A stretch of DNA of 64,000 bases from Acetilactobacillus jinshanensis (lineage in GTDB: Bacteria; Bacillota; Bacilli; Lactobacillales; Lactobacillaceae), in NCBI GenBank assembly GCA_043289735.1, contig CP171343.1, positions 797,431 through 861,430 on the forward strand, in the 5' to 3' direction. Both the position numbers and the translations under genes were made by a program. Shown here piece after piece: positions 1 through 11,074 of this stretch. Each line of letters opens with the position of its first letter. The first letter of the stretch is position 1. The notes beneath the pieces were generated by a model. That model had not been told where the DNA came from and searched no databases. It was given only the letters and a program-made list of their open reading frames with translations.

Positions 1-115
1 ACTGACCGTCCATGACGTCGATATGAATCGCATCGGCAGAATGTTCAATCTTTTTAATACTATCCTCTAAATTAACGTAATCAGCACTTAAAATTGACGG
101 TGCAACTTTAATCAT
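1..115 (-). CDS. rpe: ribulose-phosphate 3-epimerase, first 38 codons (gene runs off left edge)
   Basis: Reverse complement of 1-115 reads [38 protein letters not shown] (ATG = 113-115), the conserved Rpe N-terminus; lies directly downstream of rsgA as in Bacillus/Lactobacillus. Confidence 0.85.
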   Translation of the reverse strand, partial: MIKVAPSILSADYVNLEDSIKKIEHSADAIHIDVMDGQ

Positions 116-132
116 TTTTACATCCCCTAAAT

Positions 133-1014
133 TTAATGTTTTTTATGATAAATTGGTTTCCGATTTTTGATTAACTTAAATAAATGAAGATAGGTATCGT
201 AACGGCTCTTCATTATTTTACCATCTTTTACCATTTGTTTAATTCGACATTTCGGTTCGTGATAATGCAGACATTCCCTAAATTTACATTCCGAAGCGTT
301 CTTAACGAATTCAGGAAAATAATTCTTTAAATGATAAATATCTACATTCAAAATTTCGTACGAAGAAAACCCAGGTGTATCAGCAATTAGGCCATGATTC
401 ATGGTGATTAAATGAACCCGTCGGGTCGTATGCTTACCACGATGCAGAGATTTAGAAACGGCCCCGGTCTTAAGGTTCAAACCCGGCTTTAGATGATTAA
501 GCAGACTGGATTTACCGACACCCGTCTGGCCCATTACGACCGTTTCCTGATCAGATAAATGATTCTTAATCAAATCTAAAGTCGTGGGACAGAAGGCTTT
601 TCTAGGCGCAAAAACGTCATAGCCGATTTGATGATAATATTGAGCAATCTTTAAATAATAATTTTGCTGATCAGGATTTAAAAGATCCAATTTTGAAAAA
701 TAAATCAGCGGCTTAATATGCTGAATCCCTAATGCAACCAACTGCCGATCTAAAAGGCCCGCTGAAAAACGTGGCATCGCGGTTGAAGTCACAACGATCG
801 CTTGGGTCACGTTAGCCAGCGGCGGCCGCGATAAACGATTCTTTCGCGGGTGAACACCTAATACATAATCTTGCTTAAAATCCACCACGTCCCCCACGAT
901 CGGTTTAATGTGCCTCAAGCGAAAGTTACCACGAGCTCGGGTTCGATATATATGGCCATGGCTAGCAACGTCATAAAAGCCACCTAATGATTGATAAATC
1001 TTACCAACGGGCAT
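133..1014 (-). CDS. rsgA: ribosome small-subunit-dependent GTPase A
   Basis: 293-aa ORF; circularly permuted GTPase motifs ([19 protein letters not shown]) and C-terminal zinc knuckle [14 protein letters not shown]. Confidence 0.93.
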   Translation of the reverse strand: MPVGKIYQSLGGFYDVASHGHIYRTRARGNFRLRHIKPIVGDVVDFKQDYVLGVHPRKNRLSRPPLANVTQAIVVTSTAMPRFSAGLLDRQLVALGIQHIKPLIYFSKLDLLNPDQQNYYLKIAQYYHQIGYDVFAPRKAFCPTTLDLIKNHLSDQETVVMGQTGVGKSSLLNHLKPGLNLKTGAVSKSLHRGKHTTRRVHLITMNHGLIADTPGFSSYEILNVDIYHLKNYFPEFVKNASECKFRECLHYHEPKCRIKQMVKDGKIMKSRYDTYLHLFKLIKNRKPIYHKKH

Positions 1015-1029
1015 TAAATCACCTCTTGT

Positions 1030-2235
1030 TTATTTTACTCTTTTTAACGTGCAAACAAAAAAGCCGTCCGATTTAAAATCATCGGGATAAAGTTTTAAGT
1101 AAGTAAATTGCTTATGACCGTGAACTGGATGATGAATTTTAGTTCTGACGACCTCAAAATTCGGGTGACGTTTTAGAAACGCCTTAATCGTATCCTGATT
1201 TTCCTGATTCATAATGGTACACGTACTATAGGTTACCGTTCCGTTTACTTTAACCTTCGGCGCGACCGCCGATAAGATTTTGGCCTGGATCCGGTGCAGA
1301 CGATCAACGTCGTCGATCGATTTAAAGTACCGAATCTCGGGCTTATTTCTGATCAGTCCCAATCCGGAACACGGTGCATCAACCAAGATCTGATCAAAGC
1401 TCTTGTCTTTATAGACCTGGCCAACCTTTCGAGCATCTATAGCCTTCGTCCTTATGACGTTATCGACGTGCAGACGTTCAGCGTTTTTAATCACCCGGTT
1501 CAATCGATTGCGATGCAGATCGAGAGCATCTACCGTTCCCCCGTCTTTTAAATTTAAACGTTCGGCAATCTGACAGGTCTTACCGCCCGGTGCAGAACAG
1601 GCATCCAACACCTTTTCGTTAGGTTGAACGTTCATCGATTCAACGGGCAACGAAGCGCTCTGGTCTTGAATCGTAATCAAGCCTCGCTTAAATTCGGCAC
1701 TTTCGGCAACGGACGCCGTATTAACCCGAACGGATAATTGACCGGGCTGATTAACGCTTTCCAAAATCTGGGTGGTTTTATCCGGGCCCACTTGATGTTT
1801 TAACGCTTTAACTAACCAAACCGGAACACTATAATTAACATCGGGGACGCCTTTCCGAAGCACGTTATGAAGAACGCCGGTCACTAAACGACGGGCACCT
1901 TGATTTCCCCTTTGTTTAGCAATCTGAATCGATTCTTTTAAAATGGCGTAATTTGGAATCCTTGATAGGTAAATCATTTGATATAATGCGGTTTCTAATA
2001 GAATAATTAACCACTGCTGAAGTCCCTTGGGCCGGTTTAAAAACGGCTTTAAATCATATTGTAGCGTTAACCGATGCTGAAGCGTTCCGTAAACGATTCG
2101 GGTCAATAAACCTTTATCATTATTTTTCATGGGATGATGATCAATTGCGTTATTTAATTCAATATTAGAGTAAGCACCCTTATAAACTCGATTTAATATT
2201 TTAACGGCTAGATACCGTGGCTGATCCATTTTCAT
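1030..2235 (-). CDS. rsmB: 16S rRNA (cytosine-C5) methyltransferase RsmB/Sun
   Basis: 401-aa ORF; NusB-like N-domain, SAM-MTase motifs DACSAPGGKT, DAPCSGLG, TYSTCT; follows fmt; somewhat shorter than typical homologues. Confidence 0.85.
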   Translation of the reverse strand: MKMDQPRYLAVKILNRVYKGAYSNIELNNAIDHHPMKNNDKGLLTRIVYGTLQHRLTLQYDLKPFLNRPKGLQQWLIILLETALYQMIYLSRIPNYAILKESIQIAKQRGNQGARRLVTGVLHNVLRKGVPDVNYSVPVWLVKALKHQVGPDKTTQILESVNQPGQLSVRVNTASVAESAEFKRGLITIQDQSASLPVESMNVQPNEKVLDACSAPGGKTCQIAERLNLKDGGTVDALDLHRNRLNRVIKNAERLHVDNVIRTKAIDARKVGQVYKDKSFDQILVDAPCSGLGLIRNKPEIRYFKSIDDVDRLHRIQAKILSAVAPKVKVNGTVTYSTCTIMNQENQDTIKAFLKRHPNFEVVRTKIHHPVHGHKQFTYLKLYPDDFKSDGFFVCTLKRVK

Positions 2236-3179
2236 TATTTAATGACTTGCTCCCCAACTTTAAGCTTTTGTCCAGCACCGTTTAGGTAATCGGTAATCTT
2301 TTGCTTACCTTTACCAGCCGGCTGTAAAACATCAATTTCAATCATCTTATGATCACCAGTCGCAATCGCTAACTGATGCTTCGTCTTGAGGGCAACGGCA
2401 CCGGCTGGATATTTAGTGGCTTGGTCTAACGGCTTGGTCTTCCAAATTTTAACCCGTTTTTTACCCATCATGACGTAAGCACCGGGATCCGGTCTCAAGC
2501 CACGTACGTGACAATCGATGGATTTTGCAGAACGATTAAAATCTAATTTAGTTTCACAATGCTTAATAATGGGTGCAAAGACCACTTGCTTAGGATCTTG
2601 CGGGATTGACTTTGCAGTATGATTAATTAATTTCGGCATCGTGGCCAAAAGTAAATCGCGACCGATTAAACTTAATTTTTTAAAGATGGATCCGGCATCA
2701 TCAGCTGGCGTAATGGGTACCGGACGCTGGGCGATAATATTTCCGGCATCCATCTTCTTAACCATATACATGATGGTGACGCCGGTCTCCGAATCACCGT
2801 TCATAATGGCTCGTTGAATCGGAGCGCCGCCCCGATATTTTGGTAACAATGAACCGTGAACGTTAATGGCGCCAACCTGAGCAGATTTTAATAACTTAGT
2901 TGGTAAGAATTGTCCGTAGGCGGCAGTAACGATAAAGTCTGGCTTCATCTGAATAACCTTAGCCATTTCAGGACTCCCGCCTAATTTTTTGGGCTGTAAA
3001 ACTGGGATACCTAGTTTTTGTGCAGCTACTTTAGCCGGGGACGGCGTCAAACGATGTTTACGGCCAACCGGTTCATCCGGTTGAGTAACTAATGCTTTAA
3101 CCTGATAATGCTTATCAACTAATCCTTTTAAAACGGGAACGCAAAACTTAGGCGTTCCCATAACGACAACTGATGACAT
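2235..3179 (-). CDS. fmt: methionyl-tRNA formyltransferase
   Basis: 314-aa ORF; HGSLLPKYRGGAPIQ motif; priA-fmt-rsmB synteny. Confidence 0.95.
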   Translation of the reverse strand: MSSVVVMGTPKFCVPVLKGLVDKHYQVKALVTQPDEPVGRKHRLTPSPAKVAAQKLGIPVLQPKKLGGSPEMAKVIQMKPDFIVTAAYGQFLPTKLLKSAQVGAINVHGSLLPKYRGGAPIQRAIMNGDSETGVTIMYMVKKMDAGNIIAQRPVPITPADDAGSIFKKLSLIGRDLLLATMPKLINHTAKSIPQDPKQVVFAPIIKHCETKLDFNRSAKSIDCHVRGLRPDPGAYVMMGKKRVKIWKTKPLDQATKYPAGAVALKTKHQLAIATGDHKMIEIDVLQPAGKGKQKITDYLNGAGQKLKVGEQVIK

Positions 3180-3196
3180 TTTAATGGCTCCTTTAA

Positions 3197-5417
3197 TTAC
3201 ATAAAATTAACGGGATCGGGATCGATCGAAATGTATAATCCGCGCCGGACCCCCATCTGAAAATGATTTAAAACGTAATCCAACGATTTCTGCAAATTTG
3301 GTTCATATTTATATTTTATCACCATTTGGAAATAGTATCGCTGCTTAATCCGGGTTATTGCACTGGGTGCCGGCCCTAAAATAATGGTCGTAGGCGATAA
3401 ATGAGAAACTAAATATCTCTTGATCGAAAACATACTGGCCATCGCTAGACGACGATTCTTAGAACTCGCCGTCAACCGAACCGTAAAGTAGTACGGCGGG
3501 TAATTTAATTCATGGCGCCGAGTCATTTCGATCAAATAAAATTTTTCGTAATTTTGCTGCTGAGCTAAACGAATGGCGTAATTATCCGGATTAAAGGTCT
3601 GAATAAAGACCTCACCCTTTTTCTTGGCACGGCCGGCACGTCCGCTGACCTGGGTCAATAATTGAAAAGTCCGTTCCGCCGAACGAAAATCAGGTAGCAT
3701 TAACGAAGTATCAGCATTAAGAACGCCCACTAACGTAACGTTAGGGAAATCCAAACCTTTGGCGATCATCTGGGTCCCCAACAAAACGTTAGCGTGACCC
3801 GAACCAAATTCATGTAATAAACGGGCGTGAGCACCCTTTCGGGAGGTGGTGTCAACGTCCATTCGCACGACTTTTACGCCGGGAATTAAACGTTCCAATT
3901 CCAATTCAGCCTGTTCGGTTCCGCTACCGAAATGTCTAATCTTATGACTACCGCATTTAGGACAAACTCGGGGTACCGGCTCTTCATGACCGCAATAATG
4001 ACATCGCAAGCTATGGGTATACCAATGAAACGTCAGTGAAATATCACAATTCGGACATTGAGGAACGTATCCGCAATTCTGGCACATCACAAAATTAGAA
4101 TAACCCCGCCGGTTTAACATCAAGACCACCTGCTCATGACGTTTTAGACGCAATTTAATCGCGTTTAACAATGCTAAAGAATAATTCGTTTCGTGCCGTT
4201 TTATGATTTCTTTCCGCATGTCAATAATATGCACGGTCGGTAAAGATTGATGATTAATGCGGTGCGGCAACCTTAATAAATGATAAACGTGTTTAGTAGC
4301 TCGGGCCCGCGATTCTAAAGACGGGGTCGCACTTCCTAAAACGACCGGACAATGATGATATCTGCCCCGCCATTTAGCGACCGAACGGGTTTGATAACGG
4401 GGTGTATTTTCCTGTTTATAACTAGTGTCATGTTCTTCATCCATAATGATGACGCCTAAATTTTTCAAAGGCGCAAAAATCGCGGAACGAGCACCCACTA
4501 CGACCTTAGCGTGGCCGTTTTGAATTCGCTGCCATTCGTCATACTTTTCACCAGCTGACAACCCACTGTGTAAGATAGCAACTAAATCGCCAAACCGACC
4601 TTTGACCCAATTTACCATCTGCGGGGTCAAAGAAATCTCCGGAACCAGCATTAACGCGGTTTTACCATGACGTAAAGCCTGACTGATGGTCTGCAGATAA
4701 ACTTCCGTCTTTCCGGAGCCGGTAACGCCTTCTAATAGATATACGGCATACCGCTGCTTAATGATTGACGAACTAATCTTATTAACGGCCCGTTGCTGGT
4801 CTGAATTTAATTTAAACGGATAATTCTTTTTTACGGGTCGTTGGTACGGATTCCGATATCTCCTGACTTTGACCCGTTTAACCCAGCCTTTTTGCGCGGC
4901 TTGCTTAATTCCCGATGAACTTAAGTGTTTCCGGTAACGAGTAATTTCCGCGATTTTATAAGTTCCGGTTGAATGGTAAAGGCCATTACCATCTCAGAAC
5001 GAGCTTGGTTCTTTACTAAATAAGTAAAAATAATTTAACCACTTTTGGATTATGAACTCTTTTTTGTAAAGTGGCTTTTTTGGCGTACTTAGCTTTCATA
5101 ACACTGGGTAACATCGTCAAAAGGCAGCTAATCCGAAACGAAAACGTGGTCTTAGCTAACCATTTAGATAATTGCAATAATTCGGGATCCACCACCGGTT
5201 TAAGATCCATAACGGCCGTAATCGGCTTTAGGTGATATTTACTATGATTCGTAAAGCCAACCACGAAGCCCTGAATTTTGCGGCCGCCGTTCCCAAAGGG
5301 TACGATCACCCTCATTCCCGGTTTCACGACGTTAGCTAACGAATCCGGGATTGAATAAGTAAACGGTTCGTTGGTTTGCATGGTGGGAACGTCTACAATT
5401 ACTTGAGCCAACTTCAA
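3197..5417 (-). pseudogene. priA: primosomal protein N' (PriA helicase), frameshifted near codon ~135
   Basis: N-terminal ORF 5016-5417 (MKLAQVIVDVPTMQTNEPFTYSIP...) stops. A second frame opens after a TGA at ~4993 and runs to 3197, containing LNSDQQRAV, GVTGSGKTEVYLQ, DEEHD, the Cys4 zinc region CQNCG..CPNCD..CHYCG..CPKCG and GTQMIAKG. Total 2221 nt, not a multiple of 3. Confidence 0.8.
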
Positions 5418-6487
5418 GACCGATCATCCTTTAATTTAGCAACGATCTTTAATAAACGTTCAGCGATTTGTGATTTAGATTCAACCGCGGTTTGCTTACG
5501 ACGGCCCTTTAAATCGATGAAAGTCACCTGATTATTATCCGAACCAAAACCGATCGTCTGAATTGCCACGTCGTTCGCCACGATCAAATCTAATTTTTTA
5601 TTTCTTAATTTTTGTACCGCATTATGAACTAAATGCTGGGTTTCCGCAGCAAAACCCACCGTTAGCTGAGCAGGCTTTTTATACTTAGACACCGCTTTAA
5701 AACATCGGAGTCCTTTTTAATTTTCTGATTCGCCGATTTCACGGGCTTAAAGTCCGCTAAAGCAGCCGACATAACTAAAACATCGGAACCGGCATTTGGG
5801 AACGGCCGCTGATTAAAGTTACGTGAGCTCCCATTTGCCGAGCTTGTTTAGCAATTGCATAACCCATCTTTCCGGTCGATCCGTTAGTAATGAAACGAAC
5901 CGGATCAATAGTTTCTTGGGTTCCACCGGCGGTAACCAATAATTTTATAAACCTAAACGACTAATTACTTGTTGGGGCTCTAACATTCGTCCTTTTCCGG
6001 CAAAACCTTCAGCTAGTTTACCGATAATAATTATGGTAACTCTTTAATAAACGGAGGTTCCGTTGGGTAGCAGGATTATTCCACATTAAATTGTTCATGG
6101 CGGGAACCACTATCTTTGGTGCAGAAGTCGCTAATAAACAGGTGCTTACAACGCCATCTGCAATTCCGTTTGCTATCTTAGCAATTACGTTAGCGGTAGC
6201 GGGCATCACAATCGCTAAATCAGTCCATCTAGCTAAATCAACGTGGGGAATTCCGTGAGCGGAATTCCCCAGGTCTTGGTCCCGAATAACGGAATTCCCG
6301 AAATAGCTTTAAACGTCAGCGGATTAATAAACCGTTGGGCCCCGTTGCTCATCACGACTTTAACGTTAGCACCGCATCTTTTTAACTTACGAATCAGTTT
6401 TAAAGTCTTATAGCAAGCAATACTACCGGTTACGTAAACCGCAAAATTTCCCCTAAATAAAAAGGCCTTTGGGTTAAAAGACCACAA
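5414..6487 (-). pseudogene. coaBC: phosphopantothenoylcysteine decarboxylase/synthetase CoaBC, multiply frameshifted and shortened
   Basis: Fragments in at least 4 frames: VYVTGSIACYKT (6233-6487), PATANVIAKIANGIADG..PAMNNLMW (6018-6209), [25 protein letters not shown] (~5830-5945, read by hand), GFAAETQHL..IVANDV (5414-5692). Span ~1.07 kb versus ~1.2 kb expected. Confidence 0.8.
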
Positions 6488-6516
6488 AGGCTAACGTTCG
6501 AATCATAAACTTTAAA

Positions 6517-6717
6517 TTATTTATTATGATCAATCTTTAACTTGCCAGCAGCAATTTCTTCAAAAGCCTTACCCACGTTTTTTTTGGAATGGTAATGCTT
6601 TAATAACGGCTTAGCACCGGCATCTAACTGCTTAGCACGTTTACTGGCTAAAATCGTTAATGAATAATATGATGGAACCTTTTCCAGTAATTTATCAATG
6701 CTTGGATACATTAACAT
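6517..6717 (-). CDS. rpoZ: DNA-directed RNA polymerase subunit omega
   Basis: 66-aa [31 protein letters not shown]; downstream of gmk. Confidence 0.9.
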   Translation of the reverse strand: MLMYPSIDKLLEKVPSYYSLTILASKRAKQLDAGAKPLLKHYHSKKNVGKAFEEIAAGKLKIDHNK

Positions 6718-7334
6718 TACTTGTCGTCTCCTAACTTAGCTAAATAATGGGGCATAACCCGATTTACTCTTAATCTTTCACTTTTAATGATGGTCATGAT
6801 TTTATTAACCGCACGTGAAACTTTGTCGTTCAAGACCACGTAATCATAATTCTGCATCATGGGAATTTCTTTTTTAGCTTTTTGAATTCGCTTATTAATA
6901 ACTGGCATACTTTCGGTTCCGCGACCGACTAACCGTTGCTTTAAAGCGGGTAAACTGGGTGGCGTCAAAAAGATGAACACGGCATCGGGACACTTGGAAC
7001 GAATCTGCATCGCCCCGTTAACTTCAATCTCTAGGAAGACGTCATAGCCCTCGTCCATCGTTTTACGAACGTACGGCAACGGCGTTCCGTAATAATTATC
7101 AACGTATTGAGCGTACTCCAGCATTTCACCCTTTCGGATGTGATCCTTAAACTGATCTTTGGTAACGAAGAAATAATCTTTACCGTTTTTTTCACCAGGA
7201 CGCGGCTTACGGGTCGTCATCGAAGTGGAGTATTTAAAATCAACGTTGGACTTATTAAACAGTGCTTTACGCACGGTTCCTTTGCCTACACCGGACGGAC
7301 CTGATAAGACAATCAGCATCCCTTTTTTAGACAT
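6717..7334 (-). CDS. gmk: guanylate kinase
   Basis: P-loop [18 protein letters not shown]. Start taken at the internal ATG 7332-7334 ([15 protein letters not shown]) rather than the ORF-track start 7364. Confidence 0.95.
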   Translation of the reverse strand: MSKKGMLIVLSGPSGVGKGTVRKALFNKSNVDFKYSTSMTTRKPRPGEKNGKDYFFVTKDQFKDHIRKGEMLEYAQYVDNYYGTPLPYVRKTMDEGYDVFLEIEVNGAMQIRSKCPDAVFIFLTPPSLPALKQRLVGRGTESMPVINKRIQKAKKEIPMMQNYDYVVLNDKVSRAVNKIMTIIKSERLRVNRVMPHYLAKLGDDK

Positions 7335-7404
7335 GTCCAGTTCCTTTCGATTAAAGATACACAATATATTATGAAAGATTTTAATTCATTTATCAACGGG
7401 TATA

Positions 7405-9038
7405 TTAAATTTTTTGTTTAGCCTGGTCAGCTAACTTTAATAATTCGTTAGCGTGTTCCAAAGCCAATTTAGTTACTTTAGTTCCGGCAAACATTCGAGC
7501 TAATTCATTCACTTGTCCATGATGATCTAATTTCTGTAACCTAGTGCTCGTCTGATTATGATTAACGTGCTTTTTCACCAGATAATGATGATCACTCATG
7601 GCCGCAACTTGTGGCAAATGCGTAATGCAAAGCACCTGCGCATGACGAGAAATCATTACCATTTTATCAGCAATGGCTTGAGCAACTCGACCGCTGACTC
7701 CGGTATCAATTTCATCAAAGACAACGGTATTAACCCCTTGAATCTTTGCAAAGACGGTCTTTAAAGCTAGCATAATTCTGGATAATTCTCCCCCGGAAGC
7801 ACTTTCAGATAAGGGTAAGAATTTTTCGCCCGGATTAGCTCTAATATAAAATTCAATCTTTTGAGTTCCAAAAAGCTGAAAATCATCATTATCTTCAAAA
7901 TGAACTTTAAAAATAGCTTGACCCATGTAAAGATCTTTTAATTGATGCTTAATTTGCTTTTCTAATCTTTACATTGCTTTAACTGATTAGTAACGCTTTC
8001 ACCGGAATTTTTATTAGTCTTAAGTTTGCTTAATTCTTCAGTAATTCTTGAATAATACATCAAAATCTGGTCAATTGAATTACCGTATTTTCGTTTCAGT
8101 TGATCGATTAGAGCTAAGCGCCCTTCGATTCGATTCAATTCACTTTCGTTAAAAGTTTGTGAATCCATTTGATCGGAAATCGTGTCAGCAACGTCCTGTA
8201 AATCATAATAAGCATTCGCAAGCTGCTTTTTAATTTTTCGAAAACCGGACCCGTATTGACTAATGCTAGCCATGGTATTCATTGCCGAACCGATCATATC
8301 CAAGGGCGAATATGAATCATTACCGTTAATTAACGTATAACTCTTTTGTAAAGCAGCACTTATGTTTTGATAATTCTTTAACCGATTCTTCCGGTCAGTT
8401 AAGGTTTCATCTTCATTCGGCTTTAAATTAGCTTTCTTAATATCGTTAATTTGAAATTTCAGCATATCAATATGCTGAGCCCATTCCTGTTGATTAGCGG
8501 TTCGCTTCCGAATCAATTTAGTCAATTTTTGGTATTTTACATAATAATAATGATATTTATGAAAAACGGGGATAATTTCCCTTTTATCAAAAGCATCCAA
8601 TAGTTTTAAGTGGGTCTCAGGATCCATTAACGTTTGATGAGCATCCTGGCCTTGAATATCGACGACCCGACCGCCTAACTTACGCAAGGCATCCGTATTT
8701 ACCAAAAGACCGTTGATTCGGCAAAGGTTACGACCGTTTCGATAAATCTCCCGCTGAATTATTACGCTGCCGTCAGAATGATCGATTCCCAGCTGATCCA
8801 GGACCTGATAGGCTTTAGATCCCTTAGGAAACGTAAACAGTCCCTGAAGAACCAGTTTTTTACACCCCGTTCGAATGTATCGCTTGGATCCTCGGCTCCC
8901 CGTAAGCAGATTTAACGCGTCAATGATGATCGATTTACCCGCACCGGTTTCACCCGTCAGGACGGTCATTCCGGAAGAGAAATCAATCCTAAGGTGGTCG
9001 ATAATGGCTAAATTTTGAATATCTAACTCTTGAATCAA
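7405..9038 (-). pseudogene. recN: DNA repair protein RecN, single-base frameshift
   Basis: N-part 7962-9038 (GETGAGKSIIIDAL) and C-part 7405-7926 (SGGELSRIMLALK, VFDEIDTGVSG) lie in frames offset by one. The junction reads ...QCKD* in one frame and *RLEKQIKHQLKDLYMGQ in the next. 1634 nt total = 2 mod 3. Confidence 0.85.
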
Positions 9039-9061
9039 TTTCAGATTACCTTTCTTAAACG

Positions 9062-9889
9062 TTAATCTTTAATCTTGAACTGCTTTCGAGCCTCGGCAAT
9101 GGTTTCATTAATTGAGATTGCTGAATTAATTTTAGGAACGGAAGTCGACCTTAAATGAACTAAAAATTCTACGTTACCTTTACCGCCTTCAATCGGTGAA
9201 AAGCTCAAGCCTAGAACCGAGAAACCAGAATGGATAGCATAAGACATTACGTTTTTAATCACTTGGACGTGAACGCCATGATCACGAACGATACCGTGCT
9301 TACCGACTTTATCCCGGCCGGCTTCAAACTGGGGCTTAATCAGCGCCACCACTTCACCGCCGTTTTTCAAAATCGGCTTTAACGGCGGCAGAATTAAACG
9401 TAACGAAATAAACGATACGTCAATTGAAGCAAATTCAGGCTGACCTTTCTTAAAATCAGCCGGTTTACTATATCGAAAATTAGTGTGTTCCATGACCACT
9501 ACTCGGGGATCGGTTCTTAATTTCCACACTAGCTGATTAGTACCAACATCTAAGGCGTAACTGCGTTTAGCACCGTTCCGAAGCATCACGTCGGTAAAAC
9601 CACCGGTGGATGAACCGATATCCAGAACGACTTTCTGATTTACGCTAATGTTAAAGACCCGTAAAGCTTTGGCTAATTTTAGGCCGCCCCGGCTAACGTA
9701 CGGCATCCGTTTGCCTTTAAATCGCAAATGCGTACTGGCGGGGATTTTAGTACCCGGCTTATCCAGCCGCATGTTATTCTTACCCAGGATCTGACCGGCC
9801 ATAACGGCCCGTTTAGCTTTTTCACGACTGCTAAACAGGCCCTGCTTTACTAATAAAACATCAACACGTTCTTTATCTTTCATAATCAT
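9062..9889 (-). CDS. tlyA: TlyA-family rRNA 2'-O-methyltransferase (S4 + FtsJ-like domains)
   Basis: 275-aa ORF; S4-like N-terminus (RVDVLLVKQGLFSSREKAKRAVMAG), MTase motif LDIGSSTGGFTD; yqxC position between ispA and recN. Confidence 0.85.
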   Translation of the reverse strand: MIMKDKERVDVLLVKQGLFSSREKAKRAVMAGQILGKNNMRLDKPGTKIPASTHLRFKGKRMPYVSRGGLKLAKALRVFNISVNQKVVLDIGSSTGGFTDVMLRNGAKRSYALDVGTNQLVWKLRTDPRVVVMEHTNFRYSKPADFKKGQPEFASIDVSFISLRLILPPLKPILKNGGEVVALIKPQFEAGRDKVGKHGIVRDHGVHVQVIKNVMSYAIHSGFSVLGLSFSPIEGGKGNVEFLVHLRSTSVPKINSAISINETIAEARKQFKIKD

Positions 9890-10797
9890 TATCTCCGCCG
9901 ACTACGTCTCTTAACCTGAAAATAACTAAAAAATGACTTCAATAATCGAGTATCGATCGAAGAATTTTGATTCAGATCATCTAAATCATGTTTACCATGC
10001 TTAAGAACCGTTTCCAATTGATCATAGGCCCCGTTTAATCCTAATAGATTTGGATACGTGTTTTTACCAGAATCCTGACCGACCGGTTTACCCAGTTCAA
10101 TTTCACTGCCGACCACGTCTAAAATATCATCATAGATCTGAAAAGCTAAACCAAATGAATCAGCAAACTTTAATAATGGCTTAATGAATTGTTTATCAGC
10201 ATGACCCATAATTAATCCCGCTTGAACGGCATAGTGAATTAAAGCCCCGGTCTTATGACGATGTAAAACTCTTAAGCGGCTTAACGGTAACTGATGATTT
10301 TCAAATTCAATATCGCTAGCTTGACCGGAAACCATCCCACTCGGTCCGGCAGCTTTTGATAAGCCGTGAACCAATTTAACCTTGGTTTCGGCAGACAAAG
10401 AATTATCAACGAGCCATTGAAAAGCCAACGTTAACAGGCCGTCACCGGCTAACGTTGCCATTCCGGCGCCAAACACCGCATGACTAGTCGGTTGACGACG
10501 ACGTAAACCGTCATCGTCCATCGCGGGTAAGTCATCGTGAATCAATGAATAGGTATGAAGTAATTCTAAAGCGCATGCAGCTTTTAGACGGGGTGGAGTC
10601 AGTTTAGTTCCTAACGTTTTTAGCGTCGCAATAGTCAACATCGGTCGTAACCGTTTCCCGCCAGCTAAGACTGAAAAATTCATGGCTCGATTCAATATCT
10701 TTTGATCAATATCTTTCTTTAAATTATTTTTTAAATATTGATTAATTTTAGGCCGATAAGTCTTTTCAAATTTAACTAAACGTGGATCTTTACTCAT
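9889..10797 (-). CDS. ispA: farnesyl diphosphate synthase (polyprenyl synthetase)
   Basis: Both aspartate-rich motifs present: LIHDDLPAMDDD and FQIYDDILD. Confidence 0.9.
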   Translation of the reverse strand: MSKDPRLVKFEKTYRPKINQYLKNNLKKDIDQKILNRAMNFSVLAGGKRLRPMLTIATLKTLGTKLTPPRLKAACALELLHTYSLIHDDLPAMDDDGLRRRQPTSHAVFGAGMATLAGDGLLTLAFQWLVDNSLSAETKVKLVHGLSKAAGPSGMVSGQASDIEFENHQLPLSRLRVLHRHKTGALIHYAVQAGLIMGHADKQFIKPLLKFADSFGLAFQIYDDILDVVGSEIELGKPVGQDSGKNTYPNLLGLNGAYDQLETVLKHGKHDLDDLNQNSSIDTRLLKSFFSYFQVKRRSRRR

Positions 10798-11072
10798 TTT
10801 TGGCCATTCCCCTGGTTACCCTCAACGCTGTTATTAACGTCCTGACCGTTCTTATCACGGTCGTAAGGAACTTCTTTACCGTCGTCGGTCATCATTTTGG
10901 TCAGCGTATTTTCAGCATGAGTCAGCGTACCCTGTAATTTATTACTTAGTTTAACCCCGTTCTTAAACTGATCTAGGGCTTTATCTAACGGAACGTCACC
11001 ACTTTCAAGCTGATTAACGATGGTTTCTAATTTTTGTAAATTATCTTCAAAACTAACTTTTTTCTTTGGCAT
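10794..11072 (-). CDS. xseB: exodeoxyribonuclease VII small subunit
   Basis: 92-aa ORF, FEDNLQKLETIVNQLESGDVPLDKAL; 4-nt overlap with ispA. Confidence 0.9.
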   Translation of the reverse strand: MPKKKVSFEDNLQKLETIVNQLESGDVPLDKALDQFKNGVKLSNKLQGTLTHAENTLTKMMTDDGKEVPYDRDKNGQDVNNSVEGNQGNGQK

Positions 11073-11074
11073 AG

